Of a stretch of DNA of 64,000 nt, positions 40,578-49,737 are shown one piece after another (the stretch's first letter is position 1; each line of letters starts with the position of its first letter). A program made the position numbers and the translations under genes. The stretch is taken from positions 32,001-96,000 of the IMG/VR virus record IMGVR_UViG_3300029305_003178. One strand, 5' to 3'. The stretch is from a virus. Its lineage: Duplodnaviria; Caudoviricetes. The notes under the pieces were generated by a model. That model was not told the origin of the DNA and searched no databases. It saw only the letters and a program-made list of their open reading frames with translations.

Positions 40578-41789
40578 TTATTCCATATAGTCTAATTTAT
40601 CAAAAATCTCTCTAATATCAACTCTACCTTTAAATACTCTAATACTGATGTAATTAGTCATCCATGTGAATATTCTACTAATATTAGAATTTTTATTAAT
40701 ATTTAAATATTCATTATTAATAAAGTCTTCTAATACATCAATATCTTTTTGAATTTCTTTTTTAACTCTTGGATCTAAATTTGGATCATTGATTTCTTTT
40801 TTAAGTTTGTGCAACTGTGCTGCAATTCTTGCTGATGTATGTGGATGAGGGTCAAATGCACCAATAAGTATTCTAAATAATACTTTATTGAAATCATTAT
40901 ACCAGTTAAGTACAGGTATGCTGTTAATTAATTTATTCATACCCACACCTTCCATTTTTTCAAATTTATTTAATGCTGTAGATAAAGCTGGGCCATATCC
41001 ATACGCTGTAGCGAAACTATCGGAATATTTTTCATCGGTATAGCCGAAAATATTTCCGAAAGATATAAGACTTATTAACTGTTCAGGCTTCATCAGATAT
41101 TCTATTAAATTATTATAGTTAATTACTTGTAATGACTTAAAGAATATATCAATTTCTTGAATAATATCCATAGTAATAGTTAAAAACTTTTTAGCTCCCG
41201 GACTTTCATCAAACCCACGCTCAATAGATTTATTTATTTCACTATATAATACAGGAAATTTACATACATCTAATAACATTTGTACTAAATTTTTACTTAA
41301 GAAATTAAGCGGGGATGCATACATATTATGACCAACTTCATGTAAAATGATGGCAAGTAATTCTTCTGCATTTAACTCAGCATGTCTAATTAATCCGATA
41401 TCGACATTTACACCAAATATCATACCAGTACTGTCTACACGATTTTTACTAACTTTTGGTCTAAAGAAATTAAATGCCATAGGGAATGTAAATGCATTAT
41501 CTTGAATTCTGGCGAATACACCGAATGGTAATGCTGTATATAGACATAAATAAAATTTTTCTAATTTAAACATATCCGCGAAAAGTTTTTCAACTTTTTG
41601 TACATGTTGAGAATTAGATATATTTTTTAATTTATTATCATATTTAATTTTACCAGCTGATGTATATGTCCATTCATTAATCTGATTGATAATTATTTCT
41701 AATTCTTTTTCGATTTCTTTTAATTGTTTTGTTTTACCATAATAAGCTTCATTAACAAAGCTTAAATTACTATAATCTATAAGAAACAT
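40578..41789 (-). CDS. HExxH zinc metalloprotease-like late protein
   Basis: ILHEVGH, EKYSDSFATAYGYG, HPHT; late promoter at 41821..41832. Confidence 0.7.
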   Translation of the reverse strand: MFLIDYSNLSFVNEAYYGKTKQLKEIEKELEIIINQINEWTYTSAGKIKYDNKLKNISNSQHVQKVEKLFADMFKLEKFYLCLYTALPFGVFARIQDNAFTFPMAFNFFRPKVSKNRVDSTGMIFGVNVDIGLIRHAELNAEELLAIILHEVGHNMYASPLNFLSKNLVQMLLDVCKFPVLYSEINKSIERGFDESPGAKKFLTITMDIIQEIDIFFKSLQVINYNNLIEYLMKPEQLISLISFGNIFGYTDEKYSDSFATAYGYGPALSTALNKFEKMEGVGMNKLINSIPVLNWYNDFNKVLFRILIGAFDPHPHTSARIAAQLHKLKKEINDPNLDPRVKKEIQKDIDVLEDFINNEYLNINKNSNISRIFTWMTNYISIRVFKGRVDIREIFDKLDYME

Positions 41790-41820
41790 TATATCACCTC
41801 ATTATTAATTATTTCTATAT

Positions 41821-41868
41821 TAGTAAAATGTTTTTTGTATACAAAAATGTATTAAAAACATTTAATTA
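41821..41868. promoter_or_regulatory. divergent pair of late promoters AACA-N6-TA
   Basis: Minus 41821..41832, plus 41857..41868. Same motif at 15025, 16355, 21198, 23320, 29872, 63956 (minus) and 28329, 44255, 44446, 47825, 55598 (plus). Confidence 0.75.
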
Positions 41869-41892
41869 ACGAACTAGAAAGAGGTGAAATAT

Positions 41893-43059
41893 ATGGCAGC
41901 AGCAAAAGTGCTTGTTACTGAATTATATCCTCATGTAGAAAAAGCACTATCAGATAATAATAAAAAAGCAAAAATGTTTATGCTTATTAGAGGCTTTATA
42001 GATAGTAATAATGAACAGTTATCTGCTATAGGCCCATCTACAAATATATTATTTACTGATGTTGAGAAGAATAAAATTTATGAAATTATAGGTATCACTC
42101 CAGCAGAAGTTAATAAAATTAAAGCAAAATCACCAGATATTAAATCTACTGGTATGAATTTAAAAGATCCATTTAAAGTATTAATGGCTATGGTGGTTAG
42201 ATATTTTTTAGTTACTAAAGATAAAAATTTAAGAATAGTCAATTTTTATTATGGGATGTCATTTTATCCATCAGTATTTCAAAAATATTTTAAATTTCCA
42301 ACTAATGATAATATTATGGCATATACTGTAAATAATATGTCTAATAAATATAAATTAAAACAGTCAGGTAATTTAATGGTTGCATTAGATGATACATTTT
42401 ATGGTGCATTTATGTTATATGCCGATAGAATTATTAAAGGTGAAGATAAGGATATTGTACAGTATATATTGGCTATAAGAACTCGTTTAAATAGTTTTAT
42501 GAAACATGTTAGACGAGAATATGATGTGGCTCATAAATCTGGTAAATATCTTAATTTAGAAGTATCTTCTAATGATCCAGATAATTTTAGAGAAGCAGAT
42601 TCATCTATGTATGCAATTAGTCGTCTTGTAGATAAAATATCTATGAAATTAATTGTTGATGGACCTAACTCTCGTTTAATAGCTATAGCAGCTAAAAATC
42701 CCGGTGCTAAAAATGCACAAGTTTCTGTAAATGAAACACGTAACTATATCAATACTCTTTTAGTTAATAATAGAATAGATGAAATTAAGAAATTAATTGA
42801 AGCTATATTATTTATATTCTTATTCGAAGAACGACATAGTATAGATGAAATTCGAAGTCAAGAATTTATTTTTACATGTATGGAAGTTTATAAAAGTTCC
42901 CATAGTAAAAATGAGTCTATTATTGTTATAAAGGAAATACTTGATGGTTGGTTACAAGATTTAGGCACATATAAGAAGACAAATCGAGTAGCAACTATTA
43001 ATAACTTTAGACGAGCATTATATATGTTTTTCGTATTATCTATACAGGATGGGGTGTAA
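41893..43059 (+). CDS. hypothetical late protein
   Basis: Late promoter at 41857..41868; co-transcribed with the virion-type RNAP fragment. Confidence 0.8.
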   Translation: MAAAKVLVTELYPHVEKALSDNNKKAKMFMLIRGFIDSNNEQLSAIGPSTNILFTDVEKNKIYEIIGITPAEVNKIKAKSPDIKSTGMNLKDPFKVLMAMVVRYFLVTKDKNLRIVNFYYGMSFYPSVFQKYFKFPTNDNIMAYTVNNMSNKYKLKQSGNLMVALDDTFYGAFMLYADRIIKGEDKDIVQYILAIRTRLNSFMKHVRREYDVAHKSGKYLNLEVSSNDPDNFREADSSMYAISRLVDKISMKLIVDGPNSRLIAIAAKNPGAKNAQVSVNETRNYINTLLVNNRIDEIKKLIEAILFIFLFEERHSIDEIRSQEFIFTCMEVYKSSHSKNESIIVIKEILDGWLQDLGTYKKTNRVATINNFRRALYMFFVLSIQDGV

Positions 43060-43062
43060 TAC

Positions 43063-43782
43063 ATGGCGATGAATAAAGCTAAAATGACAAAAATGAAAAA
43101 TCTCATATATACTGTATTTGATGCATTAGATCCATCTGGTGAAAATTCAGATAAGTATAGAAATATTTTTGATAAGATGAATGAGAGTCAATTTGACACA
43201 TTTTGTAAAAAATTCTTTAAAAATGAAAATGATTATCTTATATTAGATATTGTAGATTATGAGAGAGATCTTACAATGGATGCGATAGAAAAAGCTGCAA
43301 AAATATTAGGAGTTCCATTATTTGAAAGAGTTATTATTCCTTTTGCTAATATGGATAAAAATTCTCCTGAAGTAACTAAATATGAAGTGCCTGTTGGTTA
43401 TGCAAATATTAAACGCATGCAACAGTTACTTAGTAAAAAGAATACTACATCCACAGAAATATCTGAAAGATCTGCATTAACTGGACAGGTAACAGGTCAT
43501 GATAAAAATGCTAGAAGTAGTGACGTTGAAAACTTTGCATTAGTAACGATGAACGCTGAATATGCATTACGTGAACTTATGGGACCTCGTGCCGACGACC
43601 AAGTTATGAAAGCAGAAATGTATTCAGCTATTGCAGAAAAAGGCTATGTATCCATTGAAGAATTAACTAACAAAGTAGAAAATAAAACTACACTTAATAC
43701 TATTGATGTATTCATGATAGGTATGGGTATTAAAACTGATTTAGTTACAAAAGACCTTCATGTATTAAAATCATTAGACTAA
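43063..43782 (+). CDS. RNA polymerase beta C-terminal fragment (virion RNAP type)
   Basis: VPVGY..IKRMQQ..KK, RSALTGQVTG, DVENFAL, LRELMGPRADD match the RpoB C-terminal motifs VTVGY..LKL.H / SLVTQQP / EME.WAL / LQEM...KSDD. Confidence 0.75.
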   Translation: MAMNKAKMTKMKNLIYTVFDALDPSGENSDKYRNIFDKMNESQFDTFCKKFFKNENDYLILDIVDYERDLTMDAIEKAAKILGVPLFERVIIPFANMDKNSPEVTKYEVPVGYANIKRMQQLLSKKNTTSTEISERSALTGQVTGHDKNARSSDVENFALVTMNAEYALRELMGPRADDQVMKAEMYSAIAEKGYVSIEELTNKVENKTTLNTIDVFMIGMGIKTDLVTKDLHVLKSLD

Positions 43783-43873
43783 CAAAATACGCTTACACAA
43801 TGTAAGCGTATTTTTATTTTAGTTTTCATTTATATATTATAGTATTAATAAAATTGCTTAAGGGGGTTATAAT

Positions 43874-44227
43874 ATGAGTAAATATTATAATGCTATGGAA
43901 GAAAATTATGATCTTATGGAAATTGATGGTAATATAGTATTATTCACAAATTCAAGAATTGATAGAAATACAATACCTTATGGATTATGTTGTTATGACA
44001 TTAGAGAAACTGATGGAGGTTCTGGAGATCCTGCAACTGTTGAACCTTATGTATGGGTAAATCATTGGGGCACAATTATTACAAAAGTATCATTTTTAAT
44101 GAATAGTTATACTATACATGGTATGGCTAAATATTTTCATGAAATTGGAGATTATAGTTATTTAGGTGCATCTAATTTTACTATTGATGAATATGTTAAT
44201 ACAGAGGATTTTTCTGAGTACTTTTAA
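43874..44227 (+). CDS. LPD28-like domain protein
   Basis: LFTNSRIDR.T.P.GL..YDIR..D...P.TVE..V.VNHWGTIIT. Confidence 0.65.
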   Translation: MSKYYNAMEENYDLMEIDGNIVLFTNSRIDRNTIPYGLCCYDIRETDGGSGDPATVEPYVWVNHWGTIITKVSFLMNSYTIHGMAKYFHEIGDYSYLGASNFTIDEYVNTEDFSEYF

Positions 44228-44294
44228 ACCACATTATAATAAAATATTCAGTATAACAAATATGTAAATTCAAAAATTATATGAGGTGATAATC

Positions 44295-44447
44295 ATGAAT
44301 AATGAAGAACTTAATATCGTAACAGAAGTAGGAGTATTTGGTGAACTTGATATCAATGACCCTACTAAGAAAAAAGTCAAATCTAAAGAAGAAATTGACG
44401 CAATGATTCAGGAAGCAATCATTGAAAATTCTAATATAACTAGATAA
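44295..44447 (+). CDS. 50-aa acidic protein missing from the ORF track
   Basis: Late promoter at 44255..44266, GAGGTGA RBS, MNNEELNIVTEVGVFGELD...ENSNITR*. Confidence 0.65.
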   Translation: MNNEELNIVTEVGVFGELDINDPTKKKVKSKEEIDAMIQEAIIENSNITR

Positions 44448-44456
44448 CAACACCTT

Positions 44457-44646
44457 ATTGGTTAAATGAATAAGAACATCATCTTTTTACATATAGTAGT
44501 TACATTTCAATAACCTTACAGTAAATCATAGTAAGTTATCTCCATAAATAATACATTGCCTTGATAAAACATAAGCCTAACAAACAGCAATGGTTATTGA
44601 AATTTTGTACACCTCCTTTCTTTCACATATGATGTTCTTATTCATT
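44457..44646 (+). ncRNA. candidate late sRNA (6S-like rod with anti-SD bulge)
   Basis: AACA-N6-TA at 44446..44457; 18-bp perfect and 12-bp perfect nested stems; CACCTCCTTTCT in the bubble. Confidence 0.55.
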
Positions 44647-44730
44647 ATATTTTATAAATAATTTTAAATATATATTATATAGGTGTAATAATAGATAATT
44701 CAATTATTACAATAGAAAGGTTGTGCTAAT

Positions 44731-45849
44731 ATGTTAAAAGTATGCGTGATTGGTGTAGGTAACTGCGGCTCTCAAATTGCTGAATTGGCTAAAACAAAAT
44801 ATAATATTGCAGGTTTAGCATTAAATAGCTCTCAGAAAGACCTCATCAATATTAAAGCTATTCCTAAATTAGTATTAGGCGATAATTTAGGAAGTGGTAA
44901 GAATAGAGAAGAAGCAAAACGATTTGTAAAAGCTCAGATTGTAAATCTTCTTAGTCAAGAGAACTTTGTAGAATTTCTTAAAGATAATGATGTTGTATTT
45001 GTAGCATCATCTATCGGTGGTGGTACTGGTTCTGGCATGTCACCTATGCTCGTAGATATTTTATCTAGAAAATACCATAATAAAAGATTTGTATTAATAG
45101 AAGTATATCCTCCTCTTAGAGAATCTATTGCTGCTCAACAGAATAGTATTGAGTATCTTAAAGAGGTTAGAGAAAATATACCTAATGCTATTTACATGGC
45201 ATATGACAATGATAGAAGATCCGATCTTCCTACATCTGAAATGATGAAAGAGATTAATGAAGAAATCGTTGATCATATGGCTATTATCAGAGGTGATTAT
45301 CTGTATCCTACACCTTATAATAGCATTGATGAAAAGGATATGATTGCTCTGCTTAAAACACCTGGTAGATTAGCAGTATTTGAATTACCAAATATTAAAG
45401 AAAAAGATGTTGATAAAGAAACCATCGAAGATAAACTTATCAATGTTATTAAAAACAAATCTACTAATGTTGAGTTAGATAGAGATAAAATCATTAAACA
45501 GATAGGTGTTATTACAAATCTGAATTCTAAACTTGATAAACAGTTCTCTATTGCATTGACAGAACTGAAAGGATTAGTTGGTGAACCGGTAGAAGCATTT
45601 GAACATATCTACATCGGTAGAGATGAAGAAGAAAATAAAGTAGCTGTAATTTTAACAGGTTTGTCTGTTCCTGATGACAGATTAGTTAAAATTACTCAGA
45701 GAATTACCGAAGGATTGGATGATATGGGTAAAACAAAATCTAATTCTGTATTGGATGAGATGTCAATCGAATCTATTAAAGAATTAAGAAATAATTCAAT
45801 TGAATCTTCTAATGATTTAGATTTTGACGATATCTTCGGTAAGTATTAA
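44731..45849 (+). CDS. tubulin/FtsZ-family GTPase (PhuZ/TubZ-like)
   Basis: IGVGNCG, GSGK, GGGTGSG signature, IDEKD T7-like loop. Confidence 0.9.
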   Translation: MLKVCVIGVGNCGSQIAELAKTKYNIAGLALNSSQKDLINIKAIPKLVLGDNLGSGKNREEAKRFVKAQIVNLLSQENFVEFLKDNDVVFVASSIGGGTGSGMSPMLVDILSRKYHNKRFVLIEVYPPLRESIAAQQNSIEYLKEVRENIPNAIYMAYDNDRRSDLPTSEMMKEINEEIVDHMAIIRGDYLYPTPYNSIDEKDMIALLKTPGRLAVFELPNIKEKDVDKETIEDKLINVIKNKSTNVELDRDKIIKQIGVITNLNSKLDKQFSIALTELKGLVGEPVEAFEHIYIGRDEEENKVAVILTGLSVPDDRLVKITQRITEGLDDMGKTKSNSVLDEMSIESIKELRNNSIESSNDLDFDDIFGKY

Positions 45850-45902
45850 TTAGTTTGTAATATTTTTAAATATATCTTATTATAACAATGGAGGTAACAA
45901 GT

Positions 45903-46781
45903 ATGAAAGAATTTTTAAGCATTACAAAGAAAATCAACAAAATGAAGACTGCACATCTGATGGAAGAGATTTATAGATGTCAGGCTGATATCATCACATT
46001 CTATACAAGAAAGAGAAGAAAATCTCCAAAAGAATTGGACGCTCTGTATAATAGAATGAGTAATGAAAAATTTGTTAAAGCTCTTAAGAAAATTGTTAAG
46101 AGTGATGAACTGGAACTGAATCCTTGGTTTGTTGTTGTAATTACAGGATTTACAACATATGCAATGCATCTTCCTGAAGATGAAAAAGTTAGTGATGAGA
46201 TCATGGAAGATTACTCCAAGATTATTACAAAACTTCTGAAAAAAGATGTTTCTAAAATCATCAAGAAATATAATGTTTCTGAAGAAGAAGTTTATAACAT
46301 TCTGATTGAAGCACCTACAACAGAATTCATCGATGAGCCTAAATACATTATCCCTTATGCACAGAGAATGTTTAGAAAACTGTATATGAGAGCAAAAGAT
46401 GAAGATGTTGTATTCACAGCTAAAACACTTAGAAAAGTAGTTAAAGATGTATATGGTAAAGAATATGTCGAATACTTTGCGTTAGCAGCACTGCTCGAAA
46501 GAAAAGATAATATCAAACAGTTCAATGAAAGACAGTTGGCTGTTTGGAATATGATCACGGATTTCGCATTAAGTTATGTTGAAAAACAGAATAAAGATGA
46601 TATTAAAGACTTTATTATTACTTATGCTAAAAGACGTGAGTCTGATGCTAAACGTGAAAAAAGTGTAGCTGTAAGAAGACTGGAATTCTCTTCTATTAAT
46701 ACAGAAGATTATCCTAAGTTGAGAAGTGTTACAGATAAACTGAAAAATTCTAAAAAGAATAATATTGCAGAGTTTATCTAA
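45903..46781 (+). CDS. hypothetical helical protein downstream of the tubulin gene
   Basis: ATG after GGAGG; terminator follows. Confidence 0.8.
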   Translation: MKEFLSITKKINKMKTAHLMEEIYRCQADIITFYTRKRRKSPKELDALYNRMSNEKFVKALKKIVKSDELELNPWFVVVITGFTTYAMHLPEDEKVSDEIMEDYSKIITKLLKKDVSKIIKKYNVSEEEVYNILIEAPTTEFIDEPKYIIPYAQRMFRKLYMRAKDEDVVFTAKTLRKVVKDVYGKEYVEYFALAALLERKDNIKQFNERQLAVWNMITDFALSYVEKQNKDDIKDFIITYAKRRESDAKREKSVAVRRLEFSSINTEDYPKLRSVTDKLKNSKKNNIAEFI

Positions 46782-46915
46782 TTAATAATAAGAGTATACC
46801 GCATTTTATGTGCGGTATACTTTTTTTCTTGTTAATATTAATTTAATACAGGCTATACAAATAAGTAAAATAGTATTATATCTTATTATGATTTAATTAA
46901 GGGAGGAAATTACCT

Positions 46916-47773
46916 ATGATTTCAATGTTCAATAACACAAAAACAACTTGGGCAGTAGAACCAATGAGAAATGAGACTATGTCTAAAATCAAATTCACTA
47001 AAAAAATGGGTGATGATAAGACAAAATCTTTTGAACTCGTTACAAATAAATCTATTGCTTTTAATGATAAATTTACAACAATGAAAAATATGACTGAGCC
47101 AGTTACTGTGGCAACAGAAAATACAGAAGTAAGATTCCTTAAGAAAACATCTGCACCTATGATTGTACCAAATATTAATGAAAAATTTAAAAGAGACATT
47201 TTGCTGATTAGTGTTACAATGTATGGTCAGGTTCTGAAATCTATTGGTGGTAAGAATTCTTATGTACTGAATTACATGATCGCTAAAGGTGAACTGATTA
47301 TGGCGGTTTCCATCAATGGTGGTGATAATGACGATTTCAGTTTTGTCCTGCATAATACTGAAGACCATACAGAAACAACATATGTTTTTGCAAAAGATTT
47401 AGAAAACGGTGATTATGTTATGACTAAAGGCACTCACAAGTCTGAAGAAGAAATTACTGCTCCAGTATTTAAAATTAAAAAATTCAGACCTAATCAGCCT
47501 ACACATCTGATTTGTGCAGATATTAAAGATAAAAAGAAACTGGAATCTATGCCTAAAATTAAACCAGATAAATTCGATATTATCTATGCTAAAGATAGTG
47601 TTGAAGCAATTAAACATCTTGAATCCAAACTTACAGATGGTTATAAAGCTGTAACTGTATTTGGTGCAAGCAAATCTTTCTTTGGTACATATAAAGAAAT
47701 TATGGATTTCATTGATTCTAAATTTAGAATTGTAAACATTCTTCGTTATGATGGTGGTATCATGAGAAGATAA
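46916..47773 (+). CDS. hypothetical protein
   Basis: 285 aa, GGGAGG RBS. Confidence 0.8.
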   Translation: MISMFNNTKTTWAVEPMRNETMSKIKFTKKMGDDKTKSFELVTNKSIAFNDKFTTMKNMTEPVTVATENTEVRFLKKTSAPMIVPNINEKFKRDILLISVTMYGQVLKSIGGKNSYVLNYMIAKGELIMAVSINGGDNDDFSFVLHNTEDHTETTYVFAKDLENGDYVMTKGTHKSEEEITAPVFKIKKFRPNQPTHLICADIKDKKKLESMPKIKPDKFDIIYAKDSVEAIKHLESKLTDGYKAVTVFGASKSFFGTYKEIMDFIDSKFRIVNILRYDGGIMRR

Positions 47774-47880
47774 TAATATTTCCCGATGAGTATTAATTTA
47801 CTCATCGGGATTTTTAATGTAGGTAACATATAATTATCGAATCTACATTACAATAAATATTTTTTAAAGGAGGTAATTTT

Positions 47881-48384
47881 ATGCTATTCGATGAAGCTCT
47901 TGCTAGAATGAAGGAAGGATATAAAGTAAAAATGCCTGAATGGAGTGGATATTGGTACTGGGCAAACGGTACAATTATGATTCACACAAAAGAAGGCGAA
48001 ATTTTAGATTTATTTAATACTACAATGAAAGAATATACATTAGATTTCATTGCATCTGATAGATGGGAAATCGCAGCAGATACAAACACACCTGTTCTTG
48101 GCGGTGTAGCTCAGATGGATTTTGGTACTGCACTTAAACAGCTTATGAAAGGTATTCCAATGACTAGACTTGGTTGGAATGGTAAAGGTTTGCGTGTAGT
48201 ATATCAGAAGGCATATCCAGAAGGTATTAATTGTAATAAACAAACTGCAGAAGCATGGGGTTTGAATGAGGGTGATTTATTTAAATGTCAACCCTATCTT
48301 CAGATCAATACGGTAGATGGTTCTCATGCTATGTGGGTTCCTTCTATTACAGATATTTTTGCAACAGATTGGACATATGCTTAA
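47881..48384 (+). CDS. tandem DUF2829 (Tad2-like) protein
   Basis: F.EAL..MKEG.KV....W...DFIASDRW followed by MDFGTAL..L.KG....R.GWNGKG...WVPS.TDIFATDW. Confidence 0.75.
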   Translation: MLFDEALARMKEGYKVKMPEWSGYWYWANGTIMIHTKEGEILDLFNTTMKEYTLDFIASDRWEIAADTNTPVLGGVAQMDFGTALKQLMKGIPMTRLGWNGKGLRVVYQKAYPEGINCNKQTAEAWGLNEGDLFKCQPYLQINTVDGSHAMWVPSITDIFATDWTYA

Positions 48385-48410
48385 TAATTTAATAATGAGG
48401 TGAAATAATA

Positions 48411-49646
48411 ATGGCTAATACATTATTAGAAAGACTTAGATCCGATGACAAAAAAGGATTATTTGAACAGTCTCAAACATCAATTAACTATCCGACAGGT
48501 TTCATGCCCTTTGACTATCGCAATGGTTATAGAGTAGAGGTTAGAAATGATAATGAGGAATTAATTGATAATTATGCCGCAATTGGTATTCAAGGTGGTA
48601 CATTTGTTACTGTGATTGGTAAATCTGGTACTGCTAAAACAACATTTATTGCACAAGCAGCATATAATATAGTTAGACCATTCGAAGATAATGCATTTGT
48701 AATTCATTATGATTTGGAACAGGTATTAACTTATACAAGAATTAAAAATATTACAGGCGCATCACAAATAGCTCTTAAAGATAAATATATTATCAGACAA
48801 GAGAAAAACTATATTGAAGATATCTTTGATAGTATAGTTAAAATCTGTAATGTTAAAGATGCTAATAAAAAAGAGTTTATGTATGATACTGGTTTATTAG
48901 ATGAATTCGGTGAGAAAATTAAAGCTTTCGTTCCTACAGTAATTATCATAGACTCTATTCCAACATTAACATCTAAAGATTCTGATGATGAAATGAAAGG
49001 CTCCACAGAACAGATGCGTAAAGCCAAAGAACTTAAACAATTCTATTCTAAATTAATGCCTTTAATTAAGACTTATAATATTACTGTGTTTGCTGTAAAC
49101 CATATCAATGTTAAAATGGAAATGAATGCATTTACTAAAACACAGCCACAAGTAATGTACATGAAAGTAGATGAAGCTGTGCCTGGTGGTAACGCGCCAA
49201 TATACTATGCAAATAACTTATTAAAGTTTGTTTCATCTACTAAATTCAATGAAGAAGATAATGGGTTTGATGGATTCTTGATTAGAGCAGAATTCTTAAA
49301 ATCTAGAAGTAATAAAGCTGGTAAATCTATTAATATGGTTTACAATCAGCTTACTGGCTTCGATCCTATTTTAACATTATATCAATTTGCTGAAGATAAT
49401 GATCTTGTTGATGGACGTAATCCATATAGATATTTCAAGCATAATAAAGATGTTAAATTCGATAGCCGTAAATTTAGAAAAGCATTTTTAGAAAATGATG
49501 CTGTTCGTATAGCTATTACAGAAGCAACTAAACCTATATTAGAAGATATGTTATCTTTTGTAAAAGAAGATGATAAAAAAGCTGATAATTATAGTGAAAC
49601 ATTATTTAATCTGTTTAATAGCTATGAAAACGACAATACATTATAA
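48411..49646 (+). CDS. uvsX: RecA/UvsX-like recombinase
   Basis: GKSGTAKTT, YDLE, IIIDSI, VNHI, PGGNAP. Confidence 0.85.
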   Translation: MANTLLERLRSDDKKGLFEQSQTSINYPTGFMPFDYRNGYRVEVRNDNEELIDNYAAIGIQGGTFVTVIGKSGTAKTTFIAQAAYNIVRPFEDNAFVIHYDLEQVLTYTRIKNITGASQIALKDKYIIRQEKNYIEDIFDSIVKICNVKDANKKEFMYDTGLLDEFGEKIKAFVPTVIIIDSIPTLTSKDSDDEMKGSTEQMRKAKELKQFYSKLMPLIKTYNITVFAVNHINVKMEMNAFTKTQPQVMYMKVDEAVPGGNAPIYYANNLLKFVSSTKFNEEDNGFDGFLIRAEFLKSRSNKAGKSINMVYNQLTGFDPILTLYQFAEDNDLVDGRNPYRYFKHNKDVKFDSRKFRKAFLENDAVRIAITEATKPILEDMLSFVKEDDKKADNYSETLFNLFNSYENDNTL

Positions 49647-49737
49647 TTCAAAAATGTTTTAAAGTATATATTATGAGTATAAGGAGTAAGTTAATATATT
49701 TACTCCTTATACTAATTTAAAGGGATGTGAAAGTTAA

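Noticed and set aside
44610-44621. 16S rRNA fragment
   Set aside because: Only the 12-nt anti-SD matches; there is no flanking rRNA sequence
45903-47773. Chimallin (phage nucleus shell)
   Set aside because: The ORFs are about half the expected size and show no similarity I can recognise
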